Source: Nannocystis sp.
Lineage (GTDB): Bacteria > Myxococcota_A > Polyangia > Nannocystales > Nannocystaceae
Length of the DNA: 64,000 nt
Assembly: GCF_016717175.1 (NCBI RefSeq)
Contig: NZ_JADKFZ010000004.1
Direction: 5' to 3' (one strand)
A program made the translations under genes and the position numbers. Each line of letters starts with the position of its first letter. The first letter of the stretch is position 1. Below, one piece after another: positions 1 to 9,600 of the stretch. The notes beneath the pieces are model-generated. The model was not told where the DNA came from. It did no database searches and worked only from the letters and a program-made list of their open reading frames with translations.

Positions 1-449
1 GAGGCAACCGCTCCGACGCCGAGGACGTCGTGAGCCGCGGGGCCCTCAAGGCGCTCGAGTTCCTGCGCCGCAGCCCCGGCAGCGTCGAACGCTTCCAGCC
101 GTGGGCCATGCGGATCCTCCAGAACCTGTGCATCGACCGGCTGCGCGGGGCCCAGCGCCACGCGCGGTGCATCTGCGACGACGACGTCAGCGAGGAGCTC
201 GCGTGCGTCCACGCCGGCGTCGTCACACCCGAGCGGATGTTCTTCCGCGGCCAGCTCGGCAGCGCCGTGGCGGAAGCCGTGGGCACCCTTCCGCCGCGCC
301 TCAAGTCCGCCTTCTGCCTCCGCTTCGTCGACGACCTCGGCTACGACGAGATCTCGCGCCGGCTGGTCATCACCCCGGCCAACGCCCGCAAGCGCATCGA
401 GCAGGCGCGTCGCTTCCTGCGCGCCCGCCTCGGCGGCTACAGCGACTGA
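1..449 (+). CDS. ECF-family RNA polymerase sigma factor (sigma-70 regions 2 and 4), 5' end truncated by the window edge
   Basis: ORF 30..449 opens at a GTG, but the in-frame upstream bases encode ...DAEDVV, a region-2.1-like stretch. Region 2 reads FQPWAMRILQNLCIDRLR and the region-4 HTH reads YDEISRRLVITPANARKRIEQARRFL. Stop at 447-449. Confidence 0.7.
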   Translation, partial: GNRSDAEDVVSRGALKALEFLRRSPGSVERFQPWAMRILQNLCIDRLRGAQRHARCICDDDVSEELACVHAGVVTPERMFFRGQLGSAVAEAVGTLPPRLKSAFCLRFVDDLGYDEISRRLVITPANARKRIEQARRFLRARLGGYSD

Positions 450-536
450 AGCAGCCGCGCTCATGATCACGGCAGCAGCGACGAAGCAGCCGCGCTCGTC
501 ATCACGGCAGCAGCGACGGAGCAGCCGCGCTCGTGA

Positions 537-2120
537 TCACGGCACCAGCTCGAGCTCACGCAGGCGCAGCTGCAAGGCCCGCAGCGACACCCCGAGCAGT
601 CCCGCCATCGCCGCCAGATCGCCGCCCTGCTGGGCATAGAGCCCCGCGAGCTCGTCGCGTGGCAGGTCGCGGGCCTTGCGGACCTTTCCCGTGCGCTTCA
701 TCCGGGCGTACAGCGTGTTGCGCGAGACGCCGAGCTGCCGGGCGGTCGCCGCGATCTGCCAGTCGTTGGCCCGCATCGCCGCCGTCAGCTCCGCGTCCGA
801 GACCTGCGTCCCCGGCTCCGGCTCGCCCGTCGACGTGGGCATCGCCGTGGGCGCGGCCGGAGGTGTGCGCCCGACAGTCCCGGCCGCGAGCGCCTCCACG
901 ACGCCGAGCACGTCGCCCTCGGCAAGCAGCGCACCGACCATCCGCCGGACCACATTACTCAGCTGCCGCACGTTGCCCGGCCACGCGTGGCGCAGCAGCC
1001 CGGTCATCACCGTCGTCGGCAGCTCCCGCGAACAGTCGCGTGTCATCGCCTCGAACAGCTCGGATTGGCCGGCGCGCCGCAGCTCCTGCTCAAGGAAGTG
1101 CACGAGCAGGCGCGGCACGTCGTCGAGTCGGTCTCGCAGCGGTGGCACCACCAGCTCGTGCCCGGCGAGGCGGTGCAGCAACGACGGTCGGAACGCGCCA
1201 GATTCGATCGCTGCGTCGAGGTTCGCGTCGGTCGCCGCGATCACCCGCACGTCCACGCGCCGCGCCGGCGCCCCGCCGATCGGCTGGACCTCGCCGCTCT
1301 CGAGCACCCGCAGCAGCATCGCCTGCACCTCGATCGACGCCTCCCCGATCTCGTCGAGGAAGAGCGTCCCGCCGTCCGCCTCGCGGAAGTAGCCCGGCCT
1401 CGACTGCAGCGCCCCCGTGAACGAACCACGCACATGGCCAAACAGCTCGGCGATCGCGGTGCCGGGGTTCAGGGCCGCCAGGTTGATCGCCACGTAGCTC
1501 CTGGCGGCGCGAGGCGACGCCGCGTGCAGCGCCCGTGCGACCAATTCCTTGCCTGACCCCGAGGGCCCGCGGATGAGCACCGGCACGGGGAGTCCGGCCG
1601 CCTGTGTGATCTCGCGGCGCACTTGCTGGATCCCCGCGCTCTCGCCGACCAGGCCGAACTTCGGCACCGGCTCTTCGCCCCCGACAACGGCGTGCAATAG
1701 CAACACCACCCGCCCGCCGAGCTCGAGCACGACGCCGCGAGCGAGCCGCTCGGCGGTCACGGTCAACGGTCCTGTCAGCTGCATGGCGTCCACGGTCACC
1801 CCAGAGCCCGCGCCCATCGGGTCGATCACCACATCGCCCGCCTCGCTGGCCCGCAACATCAGGGGTGAGCGGCTGATGTACGGGTCGAGGAGCGGCCCGG
1901 TCACCCGCCCGTCCGTGGTCCGCAGCTCCGGGCTGCGCCGCGAGAGCTCCACGCCCCCTGCGAGCCCCACGAGCTCGACCCGCTCGCCGATCCGCCGCAG
2001 CGACGGGTGTCCTGCCAGCGTCAGCAGCACGCGCCGTCGTGGTGCCGCGCGATGAGTCCCCCCGTTCGGCACCCGCGTCGTCTCGTCCAGCGGCCCCACC
2101 AATCCAACCATCGCCGACAT
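537..2120 (-). CDS. Sigma-54-dependent transcriptional activator (enhancer-binding protein) with an N-terminal FHA domain
   Basis: The AAA+ sigma-54 interaction domain shows Walker A GPSGSGKE, GTLFLDEIGE, and a GAFRPSLLHRL-type motif (ESGAFRPSLLHRL). A C-terminal Fis-type HTH is present (IAATARQLGVSRNTLYARMKR). The N-terminal stretch ISRSPLMLRASEAGDVVIDPMGAGSGVTVD looks like FHA. Start is placed at the ATG (MSAMVGLVG), not at the upstream extension of the ORF. Confidence 0.85.
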   Translation of the reverse strand: MSAMVGLVGPLDETTRVPNGGTHRAAPRRRVLLTLAGHPSLRRIGERVELVGLAGGVELSRRSPELRTTDGRVTGPLLDPYISRSPLMLRASEAGDVVIDPMGAGSGVTVDAMQLTGPLTVTAERLARGVVLELGGRVVLLLHAVVGGEEPVPKFGLVGESAGIQQVRREITQAAGLPVPVLIRGPSGSGKELVARALHAASPRAARSYVAINLAALNPGTAIAELFGHVRGSFTGALQSRPGYFREADGGTLFLDEIGEASIEVQAMLLRVLESGEVQPIGGAPARRVDVRVIAATDANLDAAIESGAFRPSLLHRLAGHELVVPPLRDRLDDVPRLLVHFLEQELRRAGQSELFEAMTRDCSRELPTTVMTGLLRHAWPGNVRQLSNVVRRMVGALLAEGDVLGVVEALAAGTVGRTPPAAPTAMPTSTGEPEPGTQVSDAELTAAMRANDWQIAATARQLGVSRNTLYARMKRTGKVRKARDLPRDELAGLYAQQGGDLAAMAGLLGVSLRALQLRLRELELVP

Positions 2121-2557
2121 CGAGTATCGGCCCAAGCAAGCGCTTGAACCAGGGACCAAGCTCGCACGCTCGTCGCCACCCGCTCGCAGGCGCAGGCGCT
2201 CACGTCGGCCGGGCCGAGCGCGCGCGAGGTACCTCAAGCGCGCGCTCGAGAGCCTGCGCGCCTCGCTCGGGGCTGAGGAGACGATGAGCGAGCAGCCGAC
2301 GGCGAGCCGTGAATCGGAGACCGGAGGTCAGGACGGACGCGCCAGCGCTCGTGCGACGCGTACACAAGGCCGCCGCGCTCGCTGGCATGGGCGGACGATC
2401 AGGTTGTGGGTCGCCTCGAGCTCGCCGTGGCCCTCGACACGCGGGCATGCGATCAGTCCTCTCCGTCGTTGTCGTCGGCGGCGGCGGCGGGATCGTCGGT
2501 GGCGCGAGGCCGTCGTGGTTGCATCGGCCCCGCGGGTGAGGCGGGGCCGGGATCGGG

Positions 2558-5170
2558 TCACTTCGGGACGACGCAGACCAGCAGGGGCTCGGTCTCGTTG
2601 TTGCTCTCCTTGCATTCGTTGAGGCCGCCCATGCCCTTGCCGTCGTCGTCGACGACCGCGTGGATGGTGACGGACTCGGTGACGTTCGGGACGCTGAGCG
2701 TGACCTGCTCGGCGGCGCCGGCCGCCAGCGGGCCCTTGGTGAACGCGGTGCCCAGGTAGCCCTTGTTCTGCTCGTAGAAGGACACGGGCACGCCCGGCCC
2801 GACGCCGAGGCAGCCGAGATTGGCGACCCACACGCTCATCGCAAGGTCGGGGCATTTGACGTAGTCGACGTCGAGGTCGTAGACCTGCAAGTCGGGGGCG
2901 CAGAAGGCCTTGGCGCCCTGGGCGTTGCGGCGGTAGCTGTTGTATGGATTCATCGCCGGCGTGGCCCAGCTCGGCGGCTCGGCGAGCGGGATCTCGCCGA
3001 CAAGGCCCACATTCGTGATGTGGTACGTATGTTGGTTCCACACGGGCCGGGTGGAGACCCAATTATCGAGTGAGTCGCCCCAGACCTCCAGGCCGCTGTC
3101 GAGCACGCCCGAGCCGCCGTCGTTGTTGGTCGGGAAGATGATCTCGGCCTTGAAATCGCCGTCGACGTCGGCGATGACGGGGTATTCGGTGCGGGTGCGC
3201 GAGCCGTTCTTGTCGCGGAACAGCACCTCGGCGTCGGTCATGTTGCCGTCGCACGCGGGGCCCTTGGGGTTCTTGAGGCAGTCGGGCTCGACGCCGGGGT
3301 AGATGCGCAGATAGACCTCATCGTTGTAGACGACCTCGTTACGGCCGTCGCCGTCGAAGTCGAAGACGGAGCTGCCCGTGACCTGGGAGGAGGTGTCATC
3401 GGTCGGGGCGCTCCACAGCTTGGTGAAGGTCGCCGCGCCGTCGTACTTGTAGACGATGTACTGGCTCGATCCGGCCGCCGCGACCTCGGGCTTACCGTCG
3501 CCGTCGAAGTCGGCGATGTTGGGCGGGCCGCCGGAGCCGCCGTTGGGGATCGGCGCCTCGGCCAGCTTGGCGCCGGTCAGGGGGTTTAGGGCGTAGATCT
3601 TGGCGCTGCCGACGATGATCACCTCGGGCTTCTTGTCGCCGTTGAAGTCGGCGACCCCGCAGAATCCGTCGACCACCGCGCTGTTCCACAGCTGCTTGAC
3701 GGTGAAGGTGTTGAGCGCGACCTTGCCCGAGAAGCCGAACGCGGTCTTACCGGCGATGAGCTCCTGGTAGCCGTCGCCGTCGAGGTCAGCGACGCAGCTG
3801 ATCGGGCCCTGACCGTTCTTGCCCTCGCCCTGTGTGCCCTCGAACAGCTTCTTGCCCTTCGAGTTGAAGATCGCGTCGGCGTAGATGACCTCGGCGTCGC
3901 CGTCGTTGTCGAGGTTGGCGATCGCCACGGCGCTGCTGACGTTGGCGGCCGTGAACACGTCGGACTTCCACAGCGGCGCACCGGTGCTGCTAAACGCCAG
4001 GATGTTCTTGCCTTCACCTGGGACCAGGATCTCGGGCTTACCGTCGTAGTCGAGGTCGCCGACCGCCGGGCTGGCGGTGCTGTTGGTGTCGTAGTTGGTG
4101 TCGGTGTTGGTGAAGATCTTGGCGCCGTTGTCGCCGCGGATGATGCGGAGCACCCCGTTGGTGTCGGGCTGGCCGGCGGTGTAGCTGTTGAAGATGATCT
4201 CCGGGACGCAGTCCTGATCGAGGTCCACCACCGCGGCCGTCGATGACGATTGGTTGAACGTTGGTCGGTCGTTGACGCCGATGTCGAGGTGCGGCCAGCC
4301 CGGCGTACACACCTTCTTGACGCAGGACTCGGCGGTCTGGCACTGGCTGTCCATTGTGCAAGCCACGACCTTGCGCTTGCCCCACGTGAATGTGGGGACC
4401 GGCTTGAAGGTCTGGGCCGGCGGCTTGTAGATGCAGTTGAGGTCGGCCTTCGACGGCAGGCAGAGCTTGAGCTCGGAGTCGCAGACATTGCCGATACCGC
4501 AGTCATTGGCGACCTTGGTCGCGCATTGCTGGGTGTCGCAGGCGTCGCCCGGCACCACGCATTCGCCGAGGTAACAGATCTCCTGATCGTTGCAGCAGTC
4601 CTGCTGCTGGCCGCAGGGTGGGGGACCGCCGCAGTCCTTTTGACATTGCGCCTCGATGCAGAGCTGGTCCGGGGCGCAGCACTCGTCGTTGCATTGCTTG
4701 TCGGGCGCACAACCCTGGCCGCCTGTGCTCCCCGAGGTGTCGGAGACCACGCCGCCGCTGCTGCCGGTCGACACCATCGTGTCGCTCTGGGCCCCGCCGG
4801 TGCTGCTGTTGGTGTCGCTGACGTTGCTCGTGCCGGGGTCGGTGTCGGGCAGCGTGGTGGCGGAGTCGGTGGTCGGGCCGCTGGTCGGTCCGGCCGAGGT
4901 CGGCCCCGTCGTGGGCTCGCTCATCGAGCCCTGGGAGGCCGAGCCCGTGCCCGTGGCTGAGTCGCTGACCGTCCCGCTCGCCTCTGTGGGTCCGGGGCCG
5001 GTCGGCGATGTGCCGCTGCTGCCCGCGCTGGTCCCGTCGGTGAAGCCACCGGTCATCCCGAAGGTGTCCGTCGTGCCCGTGGCGTCACCGCACGCGGTGA
5101 GCTGCGCGACTGTCAGGCCGAGCGAGACACGCACGACCACCCCATTCCATCCACCCCATGTCAGTACCAT
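2558..5170 (-). CDS. Secreted lipoprotein with FG-GAP (integrin-alpha beta-propeller) repeats, a Ser/Thr/Gly-rich linker and a Cys-rich module
   Basis: Lipoprotein signal MVLTWGG...LTVAQLTAC|G, then a long T/S/G low-complexity linker. The Cys-rich block reads CAPDKQCNDECCAPDQLC...CGGPPPCGQQQDCC. Repeated DxDxDG motifs follow (DLDQDCVPEI, DLDYDGKPEI, NLDNDGDAEV, DLDGDGYQEL, DFNGDKKPEV, DFDGDGKPEV, DFDGDGRNEV, DVDGDFKAEI). Start is chosen at the M that begins the signal peptide, not the poly-Ala upstream extension. Confidence 0.8.
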   Translation of the reverse strand: MVLTWGGWNGVVVRVSLGLTVAQLTACGDATGTTDTFGMTGGFTDGTSAGSSGTSPTGPGPTEASGTVSDSATGTGSASQGSMSEPTTGPTSAGPTSGPTTDSATTLPDTDPGTSNVSDTNSSTGGAQSDTMVSTGSSGGVVSDTSGSTGGQGCAPDKQCNDECCAPDQLCIEAQCQKDCGGPPPCGQQQDCCNDQEICYLGECVVPGDACDTQQCATKVANDCGIGNVCDSELKLCLPSKADLNCIYKPPAQTFKPVPTFTWGKRKVVACTMDSQCQTAESCVKKVCTPGWPHLDIGVNDRPTFNQSSSTAAVVDLDQDCVPEIIFNSYTAGQPDTNGVLRIIRGDNGAKIFTNTDTNYDTNSTASPAVGDLDYDGKPEILVPGEGKNILAFSSTGAPLWKSDVFTAANVSSAVAIANLDNDGDAEVIYADAIFNSKGKKLFEGTQGEGKNGQGPISCVADLDGDGYQELIAGKTAFGFSGKVALNTFTVKQLWNSAVVDGFCGVADFNGDKKPEVIIVGSAKIYALNPLTGAKLAEAPIPNGGSGGPPNIADFDGDGKPEVAAAGSSQYIVYKYDGAATFTKLWSAPTDDTSSQVTGSSVFDFDGDGRNEVVYNDEVYLRIYPGVEPDCLKNPKGPACDGNMTDAEVLFRDKNGSRTRTEYPVIADVDGDFKAEIIFPTNNDGGSGVLDSGLEVWGDSLDNWVSTRPVWNQHTYHITNVGLVGEIPLAEPPSWATPAMNPYNSYRRNAQGAKAFCAPDLQVYDLDVDYVKCPDLAMSVWVANLGCLGVGPGVPVSFYEQNKGYLGTAFTKGPLAAGAAEQVTLSVPNVTESVTIHAVVDDDGKGMGGLNECKESNNETEPLLVCVVPK

Positions 5171-5442
5171 CGGGCGAGCCTGACACGCGGCCGCGATCCA
5201 CACAAGCGTGCTGGTCTGGCCGACGCTGCATGTGACAGCGAGCGGTCGTGGCCGTCGCCGGCGTTCGTGCAGGCGCACGAATGAGCGCTCCGCGGCACGG
5301 GCACAGACACCTGCGGCTGCGGCCGCGGCTGCGGCTGCGGGCATCCGGGCCCTGATCTGTGGTTGCGGTCGCTTGACGAGCCCGCGACGACGAGGCTTGC
5401 GCGCCTATCACGGTGATATCATCCTGCCATCAGGAGGTTTTC

Positions 5443-6339
5443 ATGGCATCGATCCGCGAACATCGGGGCTTCACCCTCAACGGCTTCCTCGCGCTGGCGC
5501 TGTTCTTCGGGCTCGTCGCCTACGCCGGCAGCGTGGTCTACGAGGTCAGCACGGCCGCCGCGCTGCATGGCAACCCGCGCCCGCAGGACTTCATCCCGCT
5601 GTGGCAGGTCGGCGCCATCGGCCTGCTGCTGCTGATCTGCCTCGGCGGCTTCTTCGTCGTCCAGCCCAACGAGGCCCGCGTGCTGGTGTTCTTCGGCCGC
5701 TACGCCGGCAGCGTCGCCGACGCGGGCTTCTTCTTCGCCAACCCGCTGGCCGGGCGGCACACCATCAGCCTGCGGGTGCACAACTTCAACAGCGAGAAGC
5801 TCAAGGTCAACGACGCCCGCGGCAACCCGATCGAGATCGCCGCGGTGATCGTCTGGCGCGTCACGGATACCGCCCGGGCGCTGCTCGACGTCGAGAACTA
5901 CAAGGGCTTCGTCGCGGTGCAGTGCGAGACGGCGATCCGCGCGGTCGCGACTCGCTTCCCTTATGACAGCCACGACGGCGAGGATTCGCTGCGCAGCAAC
6001 CCCGACGAGGTGAGCGCCGCGCTCAAGACCGAGGTGCAGGCCCGCCTCGACGTCGCCGGCCTCGAGATCATCGAGGCCCGGCTGTCGCACCTCGCCTACG
6101 CCGCCGAGATCGCCCAGACCATGCTGCGCCGCCAGCAGGCCGAGGCGATCGTCGCGGCTCGCCGGCAGATCGTCGAGGGCGCGGTCGGCATGGTGGAGAT
6201 GGCGCTGCGCCGCCTGCAGGAGACGGGCGTCGTTCAGCTCGACGAGGAGCGCAAGGCCGGGATGGTCAACAACCTCCTGGTCGCGCTGGTCGCCGACCGC
6301 GAGGCCCAGCCGGTGATCAACACCGGAACCCTCTACTGA
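5443..6339 (+). CDS. SPFH/band-7 (stomatin/prohibitin-like) membrane protein
   Basis: N-terminal TM helices ([30 protein letters not shown]) precede an SPFH-like core ([14 protein letters not shown] ... [27 protein letters not shown]). AGGAGG sits 5 nt upstream of the ATG at 5443. Confidence 0.85.
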   Translation: MASIREHRGFTLNGFLALALFFGLVAYAGSVVYEVSTAAALHGNPRPQDFIPLWQVGAIGLLLLICLGGFFVVQPNEARVLVFFGRYAGSVADAGFFFANPLAGRHTISLRVHNFNSEKLKVNDARGNPIEIAAVIVWRVTDTARALLDVENYKGFVAVQCETAIRAVATRFPYDSHDGEDSLRSNPDEVSAALKTEVQARLDVAGLEIIEARLSHLAYAAEIAQTMLRRQQAEAIVAARRQIVEGAVGMVEMALRRLQETGVVQLDEERKAGMVNNLLVALVADREAQPVINTGTLY

Positions 6340-6352
6340 CGCCGGTGCCGTC

Positions 6353-6547
6353 ATGAGCGACAAGAAGCGCTTCCTCCTGCGCCTCGAGCCGGATCTCTAC
6401 GCCGCGCTCGAGCGCTGGGCCGCCGACGAGCTGCGCAGCGTCAACGGTCAGATCGAGTTCATCCTCAAGGAGGCGGCGCGCGGCAGCGGACGGCTGCGCG
6501 CGCCGGGTGAGGGCAAGGCCTCGCGGGGCCCGCCGCGGCCCCGTTGA
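6353..6547 (+). CDS. Arc/CopG-type ribbon-helix-helix DNA-binding protein
   Basis: [42 protein letters not shown] is the classic RHH pattern (beta strand FxLRL, then two helices). It lies 14 nt after the SPFH gene on the same strand. Confidence 0.6.
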   Translation: MSDKKRFLLRLEPDLYAALERWAADELRSVNGQIEFILKEAARGSGRLRAPGEGKASRGPPRPR

Positions 6548-6661
6548 TCCGCACGGCCGCGGTCATGGCCGCCCCCAGGGCCACCGGCCTCGTTGCCCAC
6601 CCGCCTCGTTGCCCTCGGCCGCGGAGGATCACCGTGGTAAGCCGCGCGCGGATCCAGCATC

Positions 6662-9600
6662 ATGCGGCGGTCCATGCGACGTCCTGCACCCCGTAAGGCC
6701 GCGAGGCTCCGCCGCGCGGCGCTCCGTGCAACCGCCACCTTCGGCCTCGGCCTGAGCCTCCTGGCCTTCGGGACAGCCGAGGCCGCGCCCGCAGCTGGGC
6801 CCGCGTCGGCACCCGTGTCGGCACCCGTGTCGGGCTCTGGCGTCGCGCCGCCTTCTGCGGCCACGCCTGGCGCCGCGACGCTGTGGACGCCTGGCATCCG
6901 CGACGCCGCCCACCCGGGCCGCTTCGTCCGCGAGTTCGCCCGGCGCAAGGCCCTGCTGCGCGCCCCCGGTCCCGAGGCGGTGCTGGCACTGCTCGGCGCG
7001 ATGGTCGAGCTGCAGGGCGAGATCCCCGGCCTCGAGATGGCGGCCTTCCTCGACGGCGCCCGCAAGCACCGCGAGCCGCTGGTCGCCAGCCACGCCGGCT
7101 ACCTGCGCGCGCAGCTCGAGGAGGCCCGCGGCGATCAGGCGCGGGCCACCGCGATGTACCGCGCCGAGGGCTTCGTGCTCGACTGGCAGATCGTCGGCCC
7201 CTTCGAGAACACCGGGCGAGCCGGTCACGCAGCCGTCTACGCCCCCGAGACCGATCCCTTCTCCGCCGGTCAGAGCTTCGTCGGCAAGCTGCCCGGCGAG
7301 CCGCTGGTGTGGCGCCGCTTCGTCCACGAGCAGGCCCCGCGCGGCGCCTTCATCAACCTCGCCGACCTGCTCGACCCGCCCGAGCAGGCCGTCGGCTACG
7401 CGACCGTGTGGGTCAAGGTCGATCGGCCTGGTCGCGCCGCGCTGCACCTCGGCACCAGCGGCGCCTACAAGGTCTGGCACGACGGCGTCCTGGTCGGCAG
7501 CGACGACACCTACCGTACGCCGACGCCGCTGCAGGCCAGCCACGCGCTCGAGCTGCGCGCGGGCTGGAACCGCATCCTCATCAAGCTGGCCACCGACGAC
7601 GGCATGTGGGGCTTCTACGCCCGGCTCAGCGCCCCCGACGGCCGCCCGCTCGCCGGTCTGGTGAGCACCCTCGAGCCGCAGTCGACGCCCGTGTCGCCTG
7701 GCGCGAAGGACAGGTCCGTTAGCACAGGTCCGAAGGGACAGGTCGCAAAGGCCAGCCCCGGCGCGGGCGGCGTCGCCAGCAGCCCGGTCGGCGTCGGCCG
7801 CCCCGGCGCGGGCGGCGTCGCCAGCAGCCCGGTCGGCGTCGGCCGCCCCGGCGTGCGCAGCCTGCGGGCCGCGCTCGAGGCGAAGGGGCAGGGGCCGCGC
7901 GCGCGCCCGGCCGACCGCCTCGCGCTGGTCGAGTTCTACCGCTGGACCTTGCCGTTTGCCCGCGAGGACCGCAGCGCCGTCGACCGCGCCCGCGAGGCCG
8001 ACAGCGCGCTGGGCACCGCTCGCAGCGCGTACCTGCTGGCGACCCTCGACCCCGACCAGAACAACAGCCGCGTCGCCCTGCAGCGCGCCGTCGAACGCGC
8101 CCGCGCTGAAGGGTCCGGCTCCCGGGAGGGCGGCGCCCCGCTGCTGGCCACGCTCCTGGTCGAGCTCTCGCTGCGCGACCGTTACCTCGGCCTCGAGTCG
8201 CGGGCGCGGGCGCTGCTCGACGAGGCCTTCCGCACCGCGCCCGACGACGTCATCGTCGAGCTCGCGCTGGCCGAGCGACTCTCGGAGGACGGCTTCCCGC
8301 TGGCCGCGCTGGCCTGGGTCGGCGACATGCAGCGGCGCTACCCGGACTCGGCGATCCTGGCCCGTCAGCAGGCCGAGCGGCGCATGAACCTCGGCCGCAC
8401 CGAGGAGGCGCTGCAGATCCTCGGCACCCTGCAGGGCGCCCAGCCGACCGACCTCGGCGTCGCCGCGGAGATGCAGGACGGCCTGCTCCGGCTCGGCCGC
8501 GCCGACGAGGCGGTGGCGATCGCCCGCGAGCGCGTGCGTCTGGTCCCCGGCCTGCCCGAGAGCCACCGCGCCCTGGCCCGCTTCGAGGAGGCCCGCGGCG
8601 ACCTCGCGGCCGCCCGCGCGGCGATGCAGCGGGCCGCCGATCTGGCCCCGCACGACGCCGACATCCACGCCCAGATCGGCCGCCTCGCCGCGCGCGCGGG
8701 CGACGTCTCGGCCGCGATCCAGAGCGTGCGCCGCTCGCTCGAGCTGCGCCCGCAGCAGCCCGACCTCCGCGACTTCCTGGCGACCCTCGACCAGGGCGCG
8801 CGCGACGACCTGCTCGCCCGCTACCCCGTCGACCTCGAGGAGCTCGCGGCCATCCCGACACCGGCGGCGTGGAAGGGCAAGGACGCCGGCATTCTGCTCG
8901 CGCGCACGGCCGTGCGCGTGCTCCCCAACGGCCTCAGCGAGCGCCTCGACCACCGCGTCATCCGCGTGCTCGACGACCGCGGCATCCGCTCGCAGGCGAT
9001 GCAGGGCGTCGTGTTCGACCCGGCCGAGGCCTACGTCGAGGTCCGCCGCGCCCGCGTGCGCCGGGCCGAGGGCGGGGTCGAGGAGATCGGCGACGCCAGC
9101 GTCGTCGCCCTCACCGACGCCGGTTACCGCATGTTCTACGACCAGCGCCAGCAGCGGGTCACCTTCAACGGCCTGCGCGTGGGTGACACCCTCGAGGTCG
9201 CGTTTGTCCGCCGGGACACCGCGGCGCGCAACAAGTTCGACGACTACTTCGGCGAGATCGCGGCCCTCGAGGACGTGCTGCCGCAGCGCCGCCGCGAGTA
9301 CATCCTCGAGGCGCCGGCGGGGCGCAAGCTGTACTTCAACCAGCCCGTCGAGGCCAGCCCCGGCAAGGAGCCCGGCACGACGCTCTACAAGCTGGTGGTC
9401 GGCGAGCGCAAGGGCATCCGCCCCGAGGCCAACATGCCCGGCTGGACCGAGATCGCCAAGTACCTCCACGTCAGCACCTTCGCCGACTGGGACGCCGTCG
9501 GTCGCTGGTACTGGAACCTCGTCAAGGAGCAGCTGGTCGTCGACGCCAAGATCCGCGCGGCCGTCAACGAGGTCCTGCTCGGCCTGCCCGAGGGCGCCGA

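Noticed and set aside
533-2237. Long Arg/Ala/Pro-rich ORFs in alternative frames overlapping real genes. Examples: 533..1420+, 1090..2139-, 3619..4710-, 6629..10087-, 8250..8861-, 11604..14594-, 16776..17777-, 24206..25417-, 26425..27504-, 58728..60794- and 60893..63454-.
   Set aside because: They have extreme Arg/Pro/Ala/Gly composition typical of stop-codon-poor frames in ~70% GC DNA and no domain signatures. They overlap well-supported genes on the opposite or same strand.
5340-5442. A sigma-70-type promoter upstream of the SPFH gene (TTGACG at 5373 with tatcac/tatcat candidates).
   Set aside because: Spacing between the candidate -35 and -10 hexamers is 27 or ~15 bp, and neither is acceptable. 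Only the AGGAGG RBS is convincing, so no promoter is reported.
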